A DNA stretch of 63,037 nucleotides, the filler included. It is 4 parts of 4 records of this genome, joined end to end, with 100 filler letters (N's around TTAATTAATTAA, not from the genome) between each part and the next. Parts side by side here need not be neighbours in the genome. Positions count along the whole stretch, not along the records: positions 24,949 to 48,726 come from SRR20825019_2034; positions 48,827 to 56,715 come from SRR20825019_2036; 2 more parts are not named here. One strand, given 5' to 3'. Made by a program: the position numbers and the translations under genes. Of the stretch, positions 38,703 to 49,261 are shown one piece after another (positions within the stretch are counted from its first letter, which is position 1; the number at the start of each line of letters is the position of its first letter). A model generated the notes under the pieces. It was not told where the DNA came from, made no database searches, and saw nothing but the letters and a program-made list of their open reading frames with translations.

Positions 38703-39398
38703 TTACATTGAGACTATAAGCCCTAAATTAAGAAACATGCGTTGTTCTGTAGTATTAAAATAATTTTCAAACCTATATTCAACATCACCTTGTAACTTCA
38801 TATTCTTATAAAGCTGATAGCCCAACCCTAAAGTAAAACGTTGGTCTATTTCTGGTTTCGCTTTCTCACTAAAACTTGACAGAACTTCGGTTGATATTAC
38901 ACCATAAAATTCTTTCGTATCTAATTTTAAACCACTCAATGGTGCATCTAAAGCAATCCTATATCGAGTTCTAATAACAGTTTCGCTGTCATAAATACGC
39001 TCATCTACCTTTATGCGATGACCTATCCTAATAGCATTAAAAGGTTTTGCGTAGCTATATTGTTGAGACACTCTAAACTCATTCCCTTTATTAGCTTCAA
39101 AAGGATTTCTAAATCTATACATTACCCCTAAACTTAGAGTTGCATAAAAGCCTACCTCATAACTTGTATTATGGAAAAACTCTAAATGTTGACTATCAAA
39201 CTTTAATGGTGAATTACCAATAGACTCGGTTAATAAGGTTCTATATTCTGTGCCAAAATTATAAGACCAACGCGTTTCTGTTTTTATATTGAGTTTAATT
39301 GAAGATTGATTTAATAGCGTTGTACCATCTTGAGCTGCGCCCAAAAAGCCAAGACATAAAAACACACCTAGTAATACTTTAGAAAATAAGGAAATCAT
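38703..39398 (-). CDS. DUF2490 outer membrane beta-barrel protein
   Basis: Signal peptide, EFRVSQQ, RTRYR, DQRFTLGLGYQ. Confidence 0.75.
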   Translation of the reverse strand: MISLFSKVLLGVFLCLGFLGAAQDGTTLLNQSSIKLNIKTETRWSYNFGTEYRTLLTESIGNSPLKFDSQHLEFFHNTSYEVGFYATLSLGVMYRFRNPFEANKGNEFRVSQQYSYAKPFNAIRIGHRIKVDERIYDSETVIRTRYRIALDAPLSGLKLDTKEFYGVISTEVLSSFSEKAKPEIDQRFTLGLGYQLYKNMKLQGDVEYRFENYFNTTEQRMFLNLGLIVSM

Positions 39399-39963
39399 AA
39401 GAACGTCTTAGTATATCTCTACGGTTTAAAACTTCGCCTCTTGCATTAAAAAGAATCTCCATTTTTTTAAGCTTCCCTTTTTGTTTTATAGCAACTATTA
39501 ACTCATAGTTTTCTTGTTTAGTTTGAGTTTTATTTAATGCTTTTTCTAAAGTTTCTTTTGGGTTATTTATATGGCTGTATTGGCATTGTAGTTTCTCTAG
39601 CTTCCAACGTTCGTAGTTGGAGTCTAAATTTAGTTTAATTGCTTCCCAAAGTGCTTTTGGAAGTTTATTTTTTGAGAGCTTAAGCTCAACATCCTCTAAT
39701 TTACCTTCATTATTAAACTCTACGCTATAATGGCTACTTTCATATTTAAACTTAGCTTCAAAACTTTGGTTGTCGCCATCAAATTCTTTGTAGTACTTAA
39801 GTCGATTAAATTCTTTTTTAAATGGTGAGATTAACGACAAAGCTTCAGCAGGAAAGTCAGCTTCAGAAATACGTTTCTCGTATTCTTTTTTAACTTGACT
39901 AAATCCTGTAGCCGTTAAAAAGAAAACAGCTGTATATAACGCATATTTATACATTGTATTCAT
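39379..39963 (-). CDS. Secreted PepSY-like hypothetical protein
   Basis: Signal peptide; FEAKFK..SVEFNNEGKLEDVE and ILFNARGEV repeats. Confidence 0.55.
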   Translation of the reverse strand: MNTMYKYALYTAVFFLTATGFSQVKKEYEKRISEADFPAEALSLISPFKKEFNRLKYYKEFDGDNQSFEAKFKYESSHYSVEFNNEGKLEDVELKLSKNKLPKALWEAIKLNLDSNYERWKLEKLQCQYSHINNPKETLEKALNKTQTKQENYELIVAIKQKGKLKKMEILFNARGEVLNRRDILRRSYDFLIF

Positions 39964-40533
39964 TTATAATTTAACTTCGTTATACCTAAAACAATTAACC
40001 TCGTGATCATTCACCATTCCTGTGGCTTGCATATGTGCATAAATTACGGTTGAACCTACAAATTTAAATCCGCGTTGTTTTAAATCTTTACTTATAGTGT
40101 CGCTCAAAGATGTGTTTGCTGGTGCTTCTTTATAATGCTTAACGGCATTTTGTATTGGCTTATGGTTTACAAAGCCCCAAATGTATTTTGAAAAGCTACC
40201 AAACTCATCTTGCACCTTCATAAATTGTTGGGCATTAGTTATGGTGGCCTTTATTTTCAATCTGTTTCTTACAATACCAGCATCTGCCATAAGACGCTCA
40301 ATGTCTGTTGAGTTATATTGCGCTATTTTTTTATAATCAAAGTTTTGAAATGCAGCCCTAAAATTTTCACGCTTTCTAAGGATGGTTATCCAACTTAAAC
40401 CCGCTTGAAATGTTTCTAGGATAAGAAACTCAAACAACTGGTCTTCGTCATACAAAGGAACACCCCATTCTAAATCGTGATAAGCCTCATACAAAGGATC
40501 TCCTATACACCAACCACAGCGATGCTTTTCCAT
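39964..40533 (-). CDS. tag: DNA-3-methyladenine glycosylase I
   Basis: RCGW, YHDLEWG, FQAGLSWITIL, GFKFVG, GMVNDH..C. Confidence 0.95.
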   Translation of the reverse strand: MEKHRCGWCIGDPLYEAYHDLEWGVPLYDEDQLFEFLILETFQAGLSWITILRKRENFRAAFQNFDYKKIAQYNSTDIERLMADAGIVRNRLKIKATITNAQQFMKVQDEFGSFSKYIWGFVNHKPIQNAVKHYKEAPANTSLSDTISKDLKQRGFKFVGSTVIYAHMQATGMVNDHEVNCFRYNEVKL

Positions 40534-40593
40534 ATCTTTATTATAAATTGTGAGTAAGTAAAAATAAGGCTTACCGACAGATTATAAAAATTA

Positions 40594-41223
40594 GTGATTA
40601 TGAGTTCAGCAGTGCTTCAAATAGTAAAAGAAAGTTTAAAAACAGGAATGTCTTATGACACTTATAGAACATTGGTGTCTAACTTAATACTTCAAAACAA
40701 GTCTACAGGAAATGAACAAACTGAAGCATTGTTAGATTACAGCGTGTTAAATGACAGACGTATGAAGCGTCTTGGTAAGACCATAAAAATTTCTGAAAAG
40801 GCACAGCAAAAATTTGAAGCCTTTAAAACACCTATTACGTTTTTAGTTATTACTGAAGGTTGGTGTGGAGATGCTGCTCAAATTTTACCTGTAATTCAAA
40901 AAATTGTGGAACTCAATTCTAATTTCAACTTAAAGATTGTACTAAGAGATGAACATCCTGAACTTATGAGCTGTTTCTTAACCAATGGTGGGAAGGCAAT
41001 TCCAAAGGTTATTTTATATAATGAAGCTACAGATAGTATTGATGCAGATTGGGGACCAAGACCATCTGTTGCCACAAAAATGGTAGCAGACTACAAAGCG
41101 TTACACGGTGCTTTAGATCCTGAATTTAAAGAGCACTTACAGGTTTGGTATAATAAAGATAAAGGAGAAACTATAATAAACGACTTCTTAACGCTTTTGG
41201 AGCCCAAGATTATTTTAGCTTAA
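40594..41223 (+). CDS. Thioredoxin-like protein (WCGD type)
   Basis: ITEGWCGDA, LTNGGKAIP, WGPRP. Confidence 0.85.
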   Translation: MIMSSAVLQIVKESLKTGMSYDTYRTLVSNLILQNKSTGNEQTEALLDYSVLNDRRMKRLGKTIKISEKAQQKFEAFKTPITFLVITEGWCGDAAQILPVIQKIVELNSNFNLKIVLRDEHPELMSCFLTNGGKAIPKVILYNEATDSIDADWGPRPSVATKMVADYKALHGALDPEFKEHLQVWYNKDKGETIINDFLTLLEPKIILA

Positions 41224-41958
41224 TTAATTCTGAAATTGGTACGTAATTGTACCTTTTTGATTGTCTTTTGAAGCGTCTTCACTAAACCGAGCACGTTCTG
41301 CATAATATAATGCTTCATCTACCAAACACCCGTTACTAGTCGTTGATTGAGACCTATTATAGTCTGTTTTTGTAACCAACCCGTATTCATTAACAGTAAT
41401 ATTTATAACAACAGTACCTTCTTGATCACACGTGTATATTGGGTTAGGTATCTTAATTTTGTCTCTAGTAGGTAAGTAATAAGAAATATTACTTCTTCTG
41501 TTACTTTTATATTTAGAGGTTGTCTGCTTTGCATTTGCATTAGAGATTGGCTTACTAGTTTCTTTTGCATTGCCTTGACCACTATCTAAATCTGCAGAAC
41601 CTGAAGAGTTAGAGCTTTCTAAAGCTTCACGTTGTTCTGCATTACGCTCAATAATGTCTTGCATCCTACTTTCAAAATCTTCATCTGTAACTTGCTCGCT
41701 TTCGTTAAACGCTTCATTGGTAACAGACTTTGTGATTTTAGTAGTTTGTGGTTTTGGAGGTAGTTCTTCCTGCTCTTTAATTTGAGCCAATTGTTCTTCT
41801 ATATCTAACTCCATAAGCAATTCTTTTTGCTTTTGTTCCTGGTTCATTTTAAAACTGAACAATGCAATTATTAATACGCCCACAAATGCTATGGACAATA
41901 AAAGGGCTTTATGTGAGTTCGTTAAATTCAAGTGTGTAAATATAATTCTTAAAGACAC
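41224..41958 (-). CDS. TonB family energy transducer
   Basis: N-terminal TM, low-complexity linker, PIYTC..GTVVINITVNEYG..GTITYQF; start uncertain. Confidence 0.75.
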   Translation of the reverse strand: MSLRIIFTHLNLTNSHKALLLSIAFVGVLIIALFSFKMNQEQKQKELLMELDIEEQLAQIKEQEELPPKPQTTKITKSVTNEAFNESEQVTDEDFESRMQDIIERNAEQREALESSNSSGSADLDSGQGNAKETSKPISNANAKQTTSKYKSNRRSNISYYLPTRDKIKIPNPIYTCDQEGTVVINITVNEYGLVTKTDYNRSQSTTSNGCLVDEALYYAERARFSEDASKDNQKGTITYQFQN

Positions 41959-42674
41959 TAATTCTCCTCAAAATCAGGCAATAACCGTGCAAAATCTTCT
42001 ATTTTTAACGCGTCATTAACGTTAAAGTCTCCTATTTTAGTACGTCTTAACACACTAAGATGTCCTCCAGATTGTAATGCCTTTCCAAAATCATTAGCCA
42101 AGCTCCTAATATAAGTCCCTTTACTACACGTTACTCTAAACTCTACATTTGGCATATCGATATTGGTTATTTCGAATGTTGAAATATGGACTTGTCTTTT
42201 AGGAATGTCCACAGTTTCACCTTTTCTCGCGTGTTCGTAAAGACGAACGCCATCTTTTTTTAATGCTGAAAATATAGGTGGCTGTTGTAAAATATCACCG
42301 GTAAATTGGGCTGTAGTGTTGTGTATTAAATCTGCCGTGATGTGAGATATATCAAAGTTTTCATTAACCTCTGTTTCAAGATCATAACTAGGAGTGGTTG
42401 CACCTAAAGTAATTGTGCCAGTATATTCTTTTTCCTGTCCCATTAACTCATTAATGGTTTTGGTAAACTTTCCAGTACAGATAAGTAGCAATCCCGTTGC
42501 TAATGGATCTAAAGTTCCTGCATGACCTACTTTTATCTTTTTAATATCGCAGGATTTTCTAATCATCCAACGCACTTTGTTCACCACTTGAAAAGAGGTC
42601 CACTCTAAGGGTTTATCAAGTAAAAGAACTTGACCTTCTTTAAATTTTTCTGCAGAAAATTGACTTTGAGACAT
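41958..42674 (-). CDS. truB: tRNA pseudouridine(55) synthase
   Basis: DKPLEWTS, KVGHAGTLDPLATG, CSKGTYIRSL. Confidence 0.97.
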   Translation of the reverse strand: MSQSQFSAEKFKEGQVLLLDKPLEWTSFQVVNKVRWMIRKSCDIKKIKVGHAGTLDPLATGLLLICTGKFTKTINELMGQEKEYTGTITLGATTPSYDLETEVNENFDISHITADLIHNTTAQFTGDILQQPPIFSALKKDGVRLYEHARKGETVDIPKRQVHISTFEITNIDMPNVEFRVTCSKGTYIRSLANDFGKALQSGGHLSVLRRTKIGDFNVNDALKIEDFARLLPDFEEN

Positions 42675-42715
42675 GTGAAAATTTGAGTTTCAAAGGTAAG
42701 AATTCTTAAAAGATA

Positions 42716-43510
42716 CTATTGAAAATAGGCAACGCCAATTGCTATTAAACCTACAACAAGGCAATAGATAGCAAAATAAGACAGTTTACTTTTCTTAACT
42801 AATTTTATCATCCAGGTACACGCAACAAGACCTGCTACAAACGCAGATATAAAGCCAATAATTAAGACCAAATTATTTGAAGACGTAGTTGTTATGTCTC
42901 CACTCATAATGTCTTTCGCAATTTTACCTAAGATTAATGGCACTACCATTAAGAAAGAAAATCGAGCTGCTTTGGTTTTGTCTATTCCTAGAAGAACAGC
43001 TGTTGATATGGTTGCACCACTTCTTGAAATTCCAGGTAAAATAGCTATTGCTTGAGAAATTCCTATAGTTAATGCATTTGGAAAAGAGACATTCTTATTG
43101 GTGTCTTTAGCTTTGTCTGCCAACCATAATAACAAAGCTGTTACAATAAGCATAAAGCCTACAAACAAGATATTGCCATTAAATAAAGCTTCAATCTCCT
43201 CATCAAAGAGAACACCTACCACAGCAGCAGGTATCATTGATAAAATAATTTTTAAGGAGAACTTTAAATCGTCATTCCATTTAAATTGAAACAAGCCTTT
43301 TAAAATATCTAAAATGTCTTTTCTGTAAACAACAATAGTACTTAGTGCAGTTGCAAAATGAACTACTACGGTAAACAACAAAGATTCACTTGGTAAACTT
43401 GTGTCACCTAAAATTGCTTTTCCTAATTCTAAATGCCCACTAGAAGATACGGGCAAAAATTCTGTAAGACCTTGTATAATACCAAGTAAGAGTGCGTCTA
43501 ATTCGCTCAT
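42716..43510 (-). CDS. uppP: Undecaprenyl-diphosphate phosphatase (BacA)
   Basis: QGLTEFLPVSSSGH, PGISRSG. Confidence 0.96.
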   Translation of the reverse strand: MSELDALLLGIIQGLTEFLPVSSSGHLELGKAILGDTSLPSESLLFTVVVHFATALSTIVVYRKDILDILKGLFQFKWNDDLKFSLKIILSMIPAAVVGVLFDEEIEALFNGNILFVGFMLIVTALLLWLADKAKDTNKNVSFPNALTIGISQAIAILPGISRSGATISTAVLLGIDKTKAARFSFLMVVPLILGKIAKDIMSGDITTTSSNNLVLIIGFISAFVAGLVACTWMIKLVKKSKLSYFAIYCLVVGLIAIGVAYFQ

Positions 43511-43526
43511 AAGTAAATTTTAACGC

Positions 43527-43787
43527 TTATTTTTTCTTTTTATTTGGGTTTAAAAGGATTGCATACACCTCAATCCCAAAACCTAATAAGACTAAAAATG
43601 GCGCTAAACGTATGCGTCTGAAGTTATAAATTTCTGGGTTAAACACATCTGGATCATCGCTGCCACCACCAGACATTAAGATAAACCCTAAAGCAATAAC
43701 ACCAAGGCCAATAGCCATAACCTGATAGTTTTTCTTTGTAAAGATAAACTTAGGTTCGCGTTGTTCTTTTCGTTTTTGTTCTCCCAT
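43527..43787 (-). CDS. DUF3098 membrane protein
   Basis: KKNY..GFILMSGGGS..RIRLAP; position between ftsX and uppP. Confidence 0.85.
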   Translation of the reverse strand: MGEQKRKEQREPKFIFTKKNYQVMAIGLGVIALGFILMSGGGSDDPDVFNPEIYNFRRIRLAPFLVLLGFGIEVYAILLNPNKKKK

Positions 43788-43918
43788 AATTATTAAATTT
43801 CAGTACTCTTTTAGCGTTTATAACCCTTTGTATAAAAAAGTAATTATAAGCTGCAAAGTAACATATTTATCTCTTAGAACTATATAAAGCGATATACCAA
43901 ATTTTAAAAGGCTACTAC

Positions 43919-44803
43919 TTAATAATACAGCTCATCTGTCTTTAAGTTTAAGAAACGCTGTGTTGCAAAAAACGTAGAAATCCAAGTGATTATTATACCT
44001 ACAACAAACACACCCAAAAATAAAGCGCCAACTAAAATTGGATCGCTCAAAATATTTAATTCTGGAAAGCTCTCGTTTAAGTAATATAAAATTGCCGCCA
44101 TACCACAAAGTGCCAAAAATGCGCCAAGCATTCCTAATCTAACACTCTTCCATATAAACGGTCTACGTATAAAACGTTTAGTAGCACCTACCATTTGCAT
44201 AGTTTTAATAGTAAAACGTTTGCTATATACCGAAAGCCTAATAGAGCTGTTTATAAGTAATACAGCTATAAAAGTAAATATGCCGCTTATTACCAAAACC
44301 CAAAATGTAACTCGTTTTACGTTATCATTTAATAATGAAATTAAAGGCTTGTCGTAGGTAACCTCATCAACAAAATCTTTAGCAGTAATCTCTGTTGAAA
44401 TTTCTTCAATTCTTTCAGACGTTACATAATCGGCATTCATAAAAACATCTATACTATTCTGTAAAGGGTTGTAACCCAAGAAATCCATAAAATTTTCACC
44501 AATATCTTGGCTATGTTGTTGTGCTGCTTCTTCTTTGCTTACAAATGTGGCAGATTTAGTATACTCTGCAAGCGCTAAACTCTTTTGCAGTTGTTTAATC
44601 TCTACATCCTTGGCATTATCTTTTAAGTAAATAGTTAATGCAATTTGTTCCTTAAAGTGATCTGCTACCTTTTTAGTATTTAAAACTAAAAGACCTAGCA
44701 ATCCTAATAAAAATAGGACAAGAGAGATACTAATTACCACTGAAAAGTAGGACGTAATCAAGCGGCGTTTTTGATAACGTTCAAAAGACGATTTGCGAGC
44801 CAT
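43919..44803 (-). CDS. ftsX: Cell division permease FtsX
   Basis: VSKEEA, NPL, INSSIRLSVYSKRFTIKTMQMVGAT..FIRRPF. Confidence 0.92.
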   Translation of the reverse strand: MARKSSFERYQKRRLITSYFSVVISISLVLFLLGLLGLLVLNTKKVADHFKEQIALTIYLKDNAKDVEIKQLQKSLALAEYTKSATFVSKEEAAQQHSQDIGENFMDFLGYNPLQNSIDVFMNADYVTSERIEEISTEITAKDFVDEVTYDKPLISLLNDNVKRVTFWVLVISGIFTFIAVLLINSSIRLSVYSKRFTIKTMQMVGATKRFIRRPFIWKSVRLGMLGAFLALCGMAAILYYLNESFPELNILSDPILVGALFLGVFVVGIIITWISTFFATQRFLNLKTDELYY

Positions 44804-44965
44804 TTGTAGGTTTGTTTTGGTAAAAATACTAAAGAAATCGGTTCTGCTTAACTAACAACGTTCAAAGTTTACGTTGTCGTACATTAATGTTATTTTTGCA
44901 GCTTCAAAATCTAATTATCAGACATCTATTTATTAAAAATAGGTTTAACAGCATACACATCACAA

Positions 44966-47800
44966 ATGAGCAATTACCACTTTAACGAGATTGAAAAAAA
45001 ATGGCAACAGTATTGGGCCAAGAACGGTACATTTCACGCTAGTAATACTAGCGAGAAGCCAAAGTACTATGTGCTAGATATGTTTCCTTATCCTAGTGGT
45101 GCCGGCTTACACGTAGGACATCCTCTTGGGTATATTGCAAGTGATATTTATGCGCGATACAAACGTCATAAAGGCTTTAATGTATTACACCCACAAGGTT
45201 ATGATTCATTTGGATTGCCTGCAGAGCAATATGCTATACAAACAGGACAACACCCAAGAATTACTACAGAAGAAAATATAAAAACCTACCGTCGCCAATT
45301 AGACCAGATAGGATTTTCTTTTGACTGGAGTAGAGAGTTAAGAACAAGCGAACCAGAATTTTATAAGTGGACTCAGTGGATTTTTACTGAACTGTTTAAT
45401 CACTATTATGACAATAATTCTGATAAAGCTGAATCTATTGAAAGCCTTATCAAGCGATTTGAAACTGAAGGTAACTCTAATGTAAATGCCGTTTGCGATG
45501 CAGATACTGAAACATTTTCTGCTGAAGATTGGAACAACTATTCCGAAAAAGAACAAGCTGATATTCTACTAAAATATCGCCTTACCTATTTAGCTGAAAG
45601 TGAAGTGAACTGGTGTCCAGAATTAGGTACTGTTCTTGCTAACGACGAAATCGTTAATGGTGTTTCAGAACGTGGTGGCTTTCCTGTTGTTCGTAAAAAA
45701 ATGACACAATGGAGTATGCGAATTTCAGCCTATGCTGAACGTCTATTACAAGATTTAAATGATATAGATTGGCCAGAACCTTTGAAAGAATCTCAGAGAA
45801 ACTGGATTGGAAAATCTATTGGTGCCCACGTAGATTTTAAAGTAAAAGGGCACGATGAAAAAATAGGCGTGTTCACCACACGACCAGATACCATTTTTGG
45901 TGTGACGTTTATGACATTAGCTCCAGAACACGAGTTAGTGGCAAAATTAACTACACCAGAACAAAAAGACGCTGTTGAAGCTTATATAGAAAAAACAGCG
46001 AAACGTAGTGAACGTGAGCGTATGGCCGATGTAAAAACCATTAGTGGTGTATTTACAGGAGCTTATGCAGAGCATCCATTCACTAAAGAACCGGTTGCCA
46101 TCTGGATTGGTGATTACGTTTTAGCAGGTTACGGTACAGGTGCTGTAATGGCGGTACCTTGTGGTGACCAACGTGATTATGATTTTGCTAACCATTTTGC
46201 AGGACAAGAAGGTATGACACCAATTGTAAACATTTTTAAGAATGTTGATATTTCTGAAGAAGCCTTTGCAGATAAAGAAAAAACTATAATTACCAATTCT
46301 GACTTTTTAAATGATTTGCCTTACAAAAAGGCAATGAAATTGGCTATTTATAAATTAGAGGAACAAGGATCTGGGCAAGGACAAACCAACTACAGACTTC
46401 GTGATGCGGTGTTTAGCCGTCAACGTTATTGGGGAGAACCATTTCCTGTATATTATAAGAATGGCATTCCTCAAATGATTGATTTAAAGCATTTGCCTAT
46501 CACCTTACCCGAAGTTGAAAAATACTTACCAACCGAAGAAGGCGAACCACCTTTGGGTCGCGCCGATGTTTGGGCGTGGAATACTGAAACCTCTAGCGTA
46601 GTAAGCAATGATGAAGTCAATAATGAGACTGTGTTTCCACTTGAATTAAACACGATGCCAGGTTGGGCAGGAAGTTCGTGGTATTTCTTTAGATATATGG
46701 AAAAGGCGCTTCGTGATGAGACGTTTTCGAGTAAAGAAGCAATGGATTATTGGCAAAATGTCGATTTATATATTGGTGGAAGCGAGCACGCAACAGGTCA
46801 CCTACTATATGCACGTTTTTGGACAAAGTTCTTGTATGACATCAAAGCAGTTCCTGTAAAAGAATTTGCCAAGAAGTTGATTAACCAAGGAATGATTTTG
46901 GGGACTAGTGCTTTTGTTTATAGAAAAGAAGAGACCAATGTATTCATTTCTAAAAATTTAATTGGTGATGAGAACGTTCAGCCAATACATGCAGATGTTA
47001 GTATGGTAAACGCTTCAAGCGAATTGGACCTTGAAGCATTTAAAGCTTGGAGACCAGAGTTTAAAGATGCTGAATTTATATTAGAAGACAATAAATATAT
47101 AGTTGGTCACGAGGTCGAAAAAATGTCTAAGTCTAAATACAACGTTGTTAATCCAGATGATATCTGTGCACAATATGGTGCAGATACATTAAGATTATAT
47201 GAGATGTTTTTAGGGCCGCTTGAGCAAGCCAAGCCTTGGAATACAGCTGGTATAACAGGTGTGCACTCGTTCTTAAAGAAGTTATGGAAACTATATCATA
47301 ACGGCGAGAACTTTGAAGTGACAGATGCAGAACCAAATAAAGAAAGTTTAAAAACACTTCATAAAACTATCAAGAAAGTTGAAGAGGATATTGAGAATTT
47401 CAGCTTTAATACATCGGTGTCTACGTTTATGATTGCTGTAAATGAATTATCATCTCAAAAATGTAATTCGAGAGCTATTCTTGAACCATTGGCAGTTTTA
47501 ATTTCACCTTATGCACCTCATATTGCAGAAGAGTTGTGGGAAAAACTAGGGCACAGCACTTCTATAGCTACTGCAGAATTTCCAAAATTTGAAGAAAAAC
47601 ATTTGGTAGAAAGTAGCAAAGCCTATCCTATTTCTTTTAATGGAAAAATGAGATTTACTATGGAGTTACCATTAGACCTTAGTAAAGATGACATAGAAAA
47701 AGCAGTAATGGCACACGAGAAAACAGCAGGATACCTAGATGGCAGAACCCCTAAAAAAGTTATCGTAGTTCCAGGAAAGATTGTAAATATTGTTGGGTAA
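44966..47800 (+). CDS. leuS: Leucine--tRNA ligase
   Basis: MFPYPSGAGLHVGH, FTTRPDT, GYGTGAVMAVP editing domain, KMSKS; TATTTTTG -7 box at 44891-44898. Confidence 0.98.
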   Translation: MSNYHFNEIEKKWQQYWAKNGTFHASNTSEKPKYYVLDMFPYPSGAGLHVGHPLGYIASDIYARYKRHKGFNVLHPQGYDSFGLPAEQYAIQTGQHPRITTEENIKTYRRQLDQIGFSFDWSRELRTSEPEFYKWTQWIFTELFNHYYDNNSDKAESIESLIKRFETEGNSNVNAVCDADTETFSAEDWNNYSEKEQADILLKYRLTYLAESEVNWCPELGTVLANDEIVNGVSERGGFPVVRKKMTQWSMRISAYAERLLQDLNDIDWPEPLKESQRNWIGKSIGAHVDFKVKGHDEKIGVFTTRPDTIFGVTFMTLAPEHELVAKLTTPEQKDAVEAYIEKTAKRSERERMADVKTISGVFTGAYAEHPFTKEPVAIWIGDYVLAGYGTGAVMAVPCGDQRDYDFANHFAGQEGMTPIVNIFKNVDISEEAFADKEKTIITNSDFLNDLPYKKAMKLAIYKLEEQGSGQGQTNYRLRDAVFSRQRYWGEPFPVYYKNGIPQMIDLKHLPITLPEVEKYLPTEEGEPPLGRADVWAWNTETSSVVSNDEVNNETVFPLELNTMPGWAGSSWYFFRYMEKALRDETFSSKEAMDYWQNVDLYIGGSEHATGHLLYARFWTKFLYDIKAVPVKEFAKKLINQGMILGTSAFVYRKEETNVFISKNLIGDENVQPIHADVSMVNASSELDLEAFKAWRPEFKDAEFILEDNKYIVGHEVEKMSKSKYNVVNPDDICAQYGADTLRLYEMFLGPLEQAKPWNTAGITGVHSFLKKLWKLYHNGENFEVTDAEPNKESLKTLHKTIKKVEEDIENFSFNTSVSTFMIAVNELSSQKCNSRAILEPLAVLISPYAPHIAEELWEKLGHSTSIATAEFPKFEEKHLVESSKAYPISFNGKMRFTMELPLDLSKDDIEKAVMAHEKTAGYLDGRTPKKVIVVPGKIVNIVG

Positions 47801-47992
47801 CAAATGCTGTAATGGCAAGAATCTCTTAGAAATTTGAAAAGTCACTTTTTAAATAGGTAATAAGTAGATGATGCTTCCGACACAAAGTTTTATAGGTCTA
47901 ATCTCTCAAACTGACAAATTGGACTAAAGGGAAATCGTGGCAAATAATTTGCTATCTATTCTGTATATTTAATCAATTAAAACTTAGAACCT

Positions 47993-48679
47993 ATGATGGG
48001 CTATTATATACTCGCGGGACTTATTATGCTAGTAAGCTGGTACGTGAGCAACAAATTAAAGACAAAATTTAAAACCTACTCTAAAGTACATTTACAAAAT
48101 GGAATGAGTGGTGCAGAGATTGCTGAACGTATGTTAGCAGATCATGGCATAACAGATGTAAAAGTAATTTCGACACCAGGAATGCTAACAGATCATTACA
48201 ACCCAAGTAATAAAACTGTAAATCTTAGTGAAGGTGTTTACTCTCAACGCAATGCAGCAGCAGCAGCAGTTTCTGCTCACGAGGTAGGCCACGCAGTACA
48301 ACACGCCAAAGCATATTCTTGGTTAACTATGCGTAGTAAGTTGGTGCCAATGGTAAGTATTGCTTCTAAATATTCACAATGGGTAATTATGGGAGGTTTA
48401 GTTTTAGCTGCAACAACCGCATTTGGTAATACTTTACTTTTAGTGGGTATTATTATGTTTGCTATGGGAACGTTATTTAGCTTTATTACACTACCAGTAG
48501 AGTATGACGCTAGTAACAGAGCACTAGCTTGGCTTGAACGAGAAAACATTGTTACTCAACAAGAATTATCTGGTAGTAAGGATGCATTAAAATGGGCCGC
48601 AAGAACTTATGTAGTTGCTGCAGTAGGATCTTTAGCTACATTACTATACTTTATTAGCATTTACTTAGGTAGAGACTAG
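47993..48679 (+). CDS. Membrane zinc metallopeptidase (YugP/Zn_peptidase_2)
   Basis: LTDHYNP, AHEVGHA (HExxH), TLPVEYDAS.RA, AARTYV. Confidence 0.9.
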   Translation: MMGYYILAGLIMLVSWYVSNKLKTKFKTYSKVHLQNGMSGAEIAERMLADHGITDVKVISTPGMLTDHYNPSNKTVNLSEGVYSQRNAAAAAVSAHEVGHAVQHAKAYSWLTMRSKLVPMVSIASKYSQWVIMGGLVLAATTAFGNTLLLVGIIMFAMGTLFSFITLPVEYDASNRALAWLERENIVTQQELSGSKDALKWAARTYVVAAVGSLATLLYFISIYLGRD

Positions 48680-48726
48680 TATATAACGTTATAAATTAAA
48701 AAAAGCAGAAGCATTAATTAATGCTT

Positions 48727-48826
48727 NNNNNNNNNNNNNNNNNNNNNNNNNNNNNNNNNNNNNNNNNNNNTTAATTAATTAANNNNNNNNNNNNNNNNNN
48801 NNNNNNNNNNNNNNNNNNNNNNNNNN
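48727..48826. other. Artificial contig-joining linker
   Basis: N44-TTAATTAATTAA-N44. Confidence 0.98.
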
Positions 48827-49143
48827 CCATTTAAAATCAATTTATTTTTCGATTTATGGAGAAGGCTGTTCGTTAATAAATTTGTTATAAATCCTGTTTT
48901 AGAACTATTAGCACTGATGTGGTAATGAATTTCTCCTTCAATTAAGGTATCTTTTTCTACCCATAAACTATCAATTCCAGATTTTTCTGAGTCTACTTCA
49001 TAAACCCAATAATTAGAATTTTCTAATGGAAAGTAATTTTCGTTATTTATTTCAGCTAACAAATCATCAGAAATAGATTCGCTACTAGAACAGGAAATGA
49101 ACATTATTGAAAGAAAAACAAGTTGAAGGGAGTTCCGAAGCAT
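48827..49143 (-). CDS. Hypothetical lipoprotein, 3' end cut by contig edge
   Basis: Lipobox FISC; NYFPLENSNYWVY motif. Confidence 0.7.
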
Positions 49144-49261
49144 TTATTAAGGATTTTTCATCTATACAAAATTTCACAAACTATTGTTTGTTTATGTAGG
49201 TTGGTATTGACCATTCTTTTTAAAAGCCCATAATGGGCTTTCAAATATAGAAAAATAAATT

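Noticed and set aside
48775..48826. C-terminal end of the 122-aa ORF in the track
   Set aside because: It runs into Ns and ends at the linker's artificial stop
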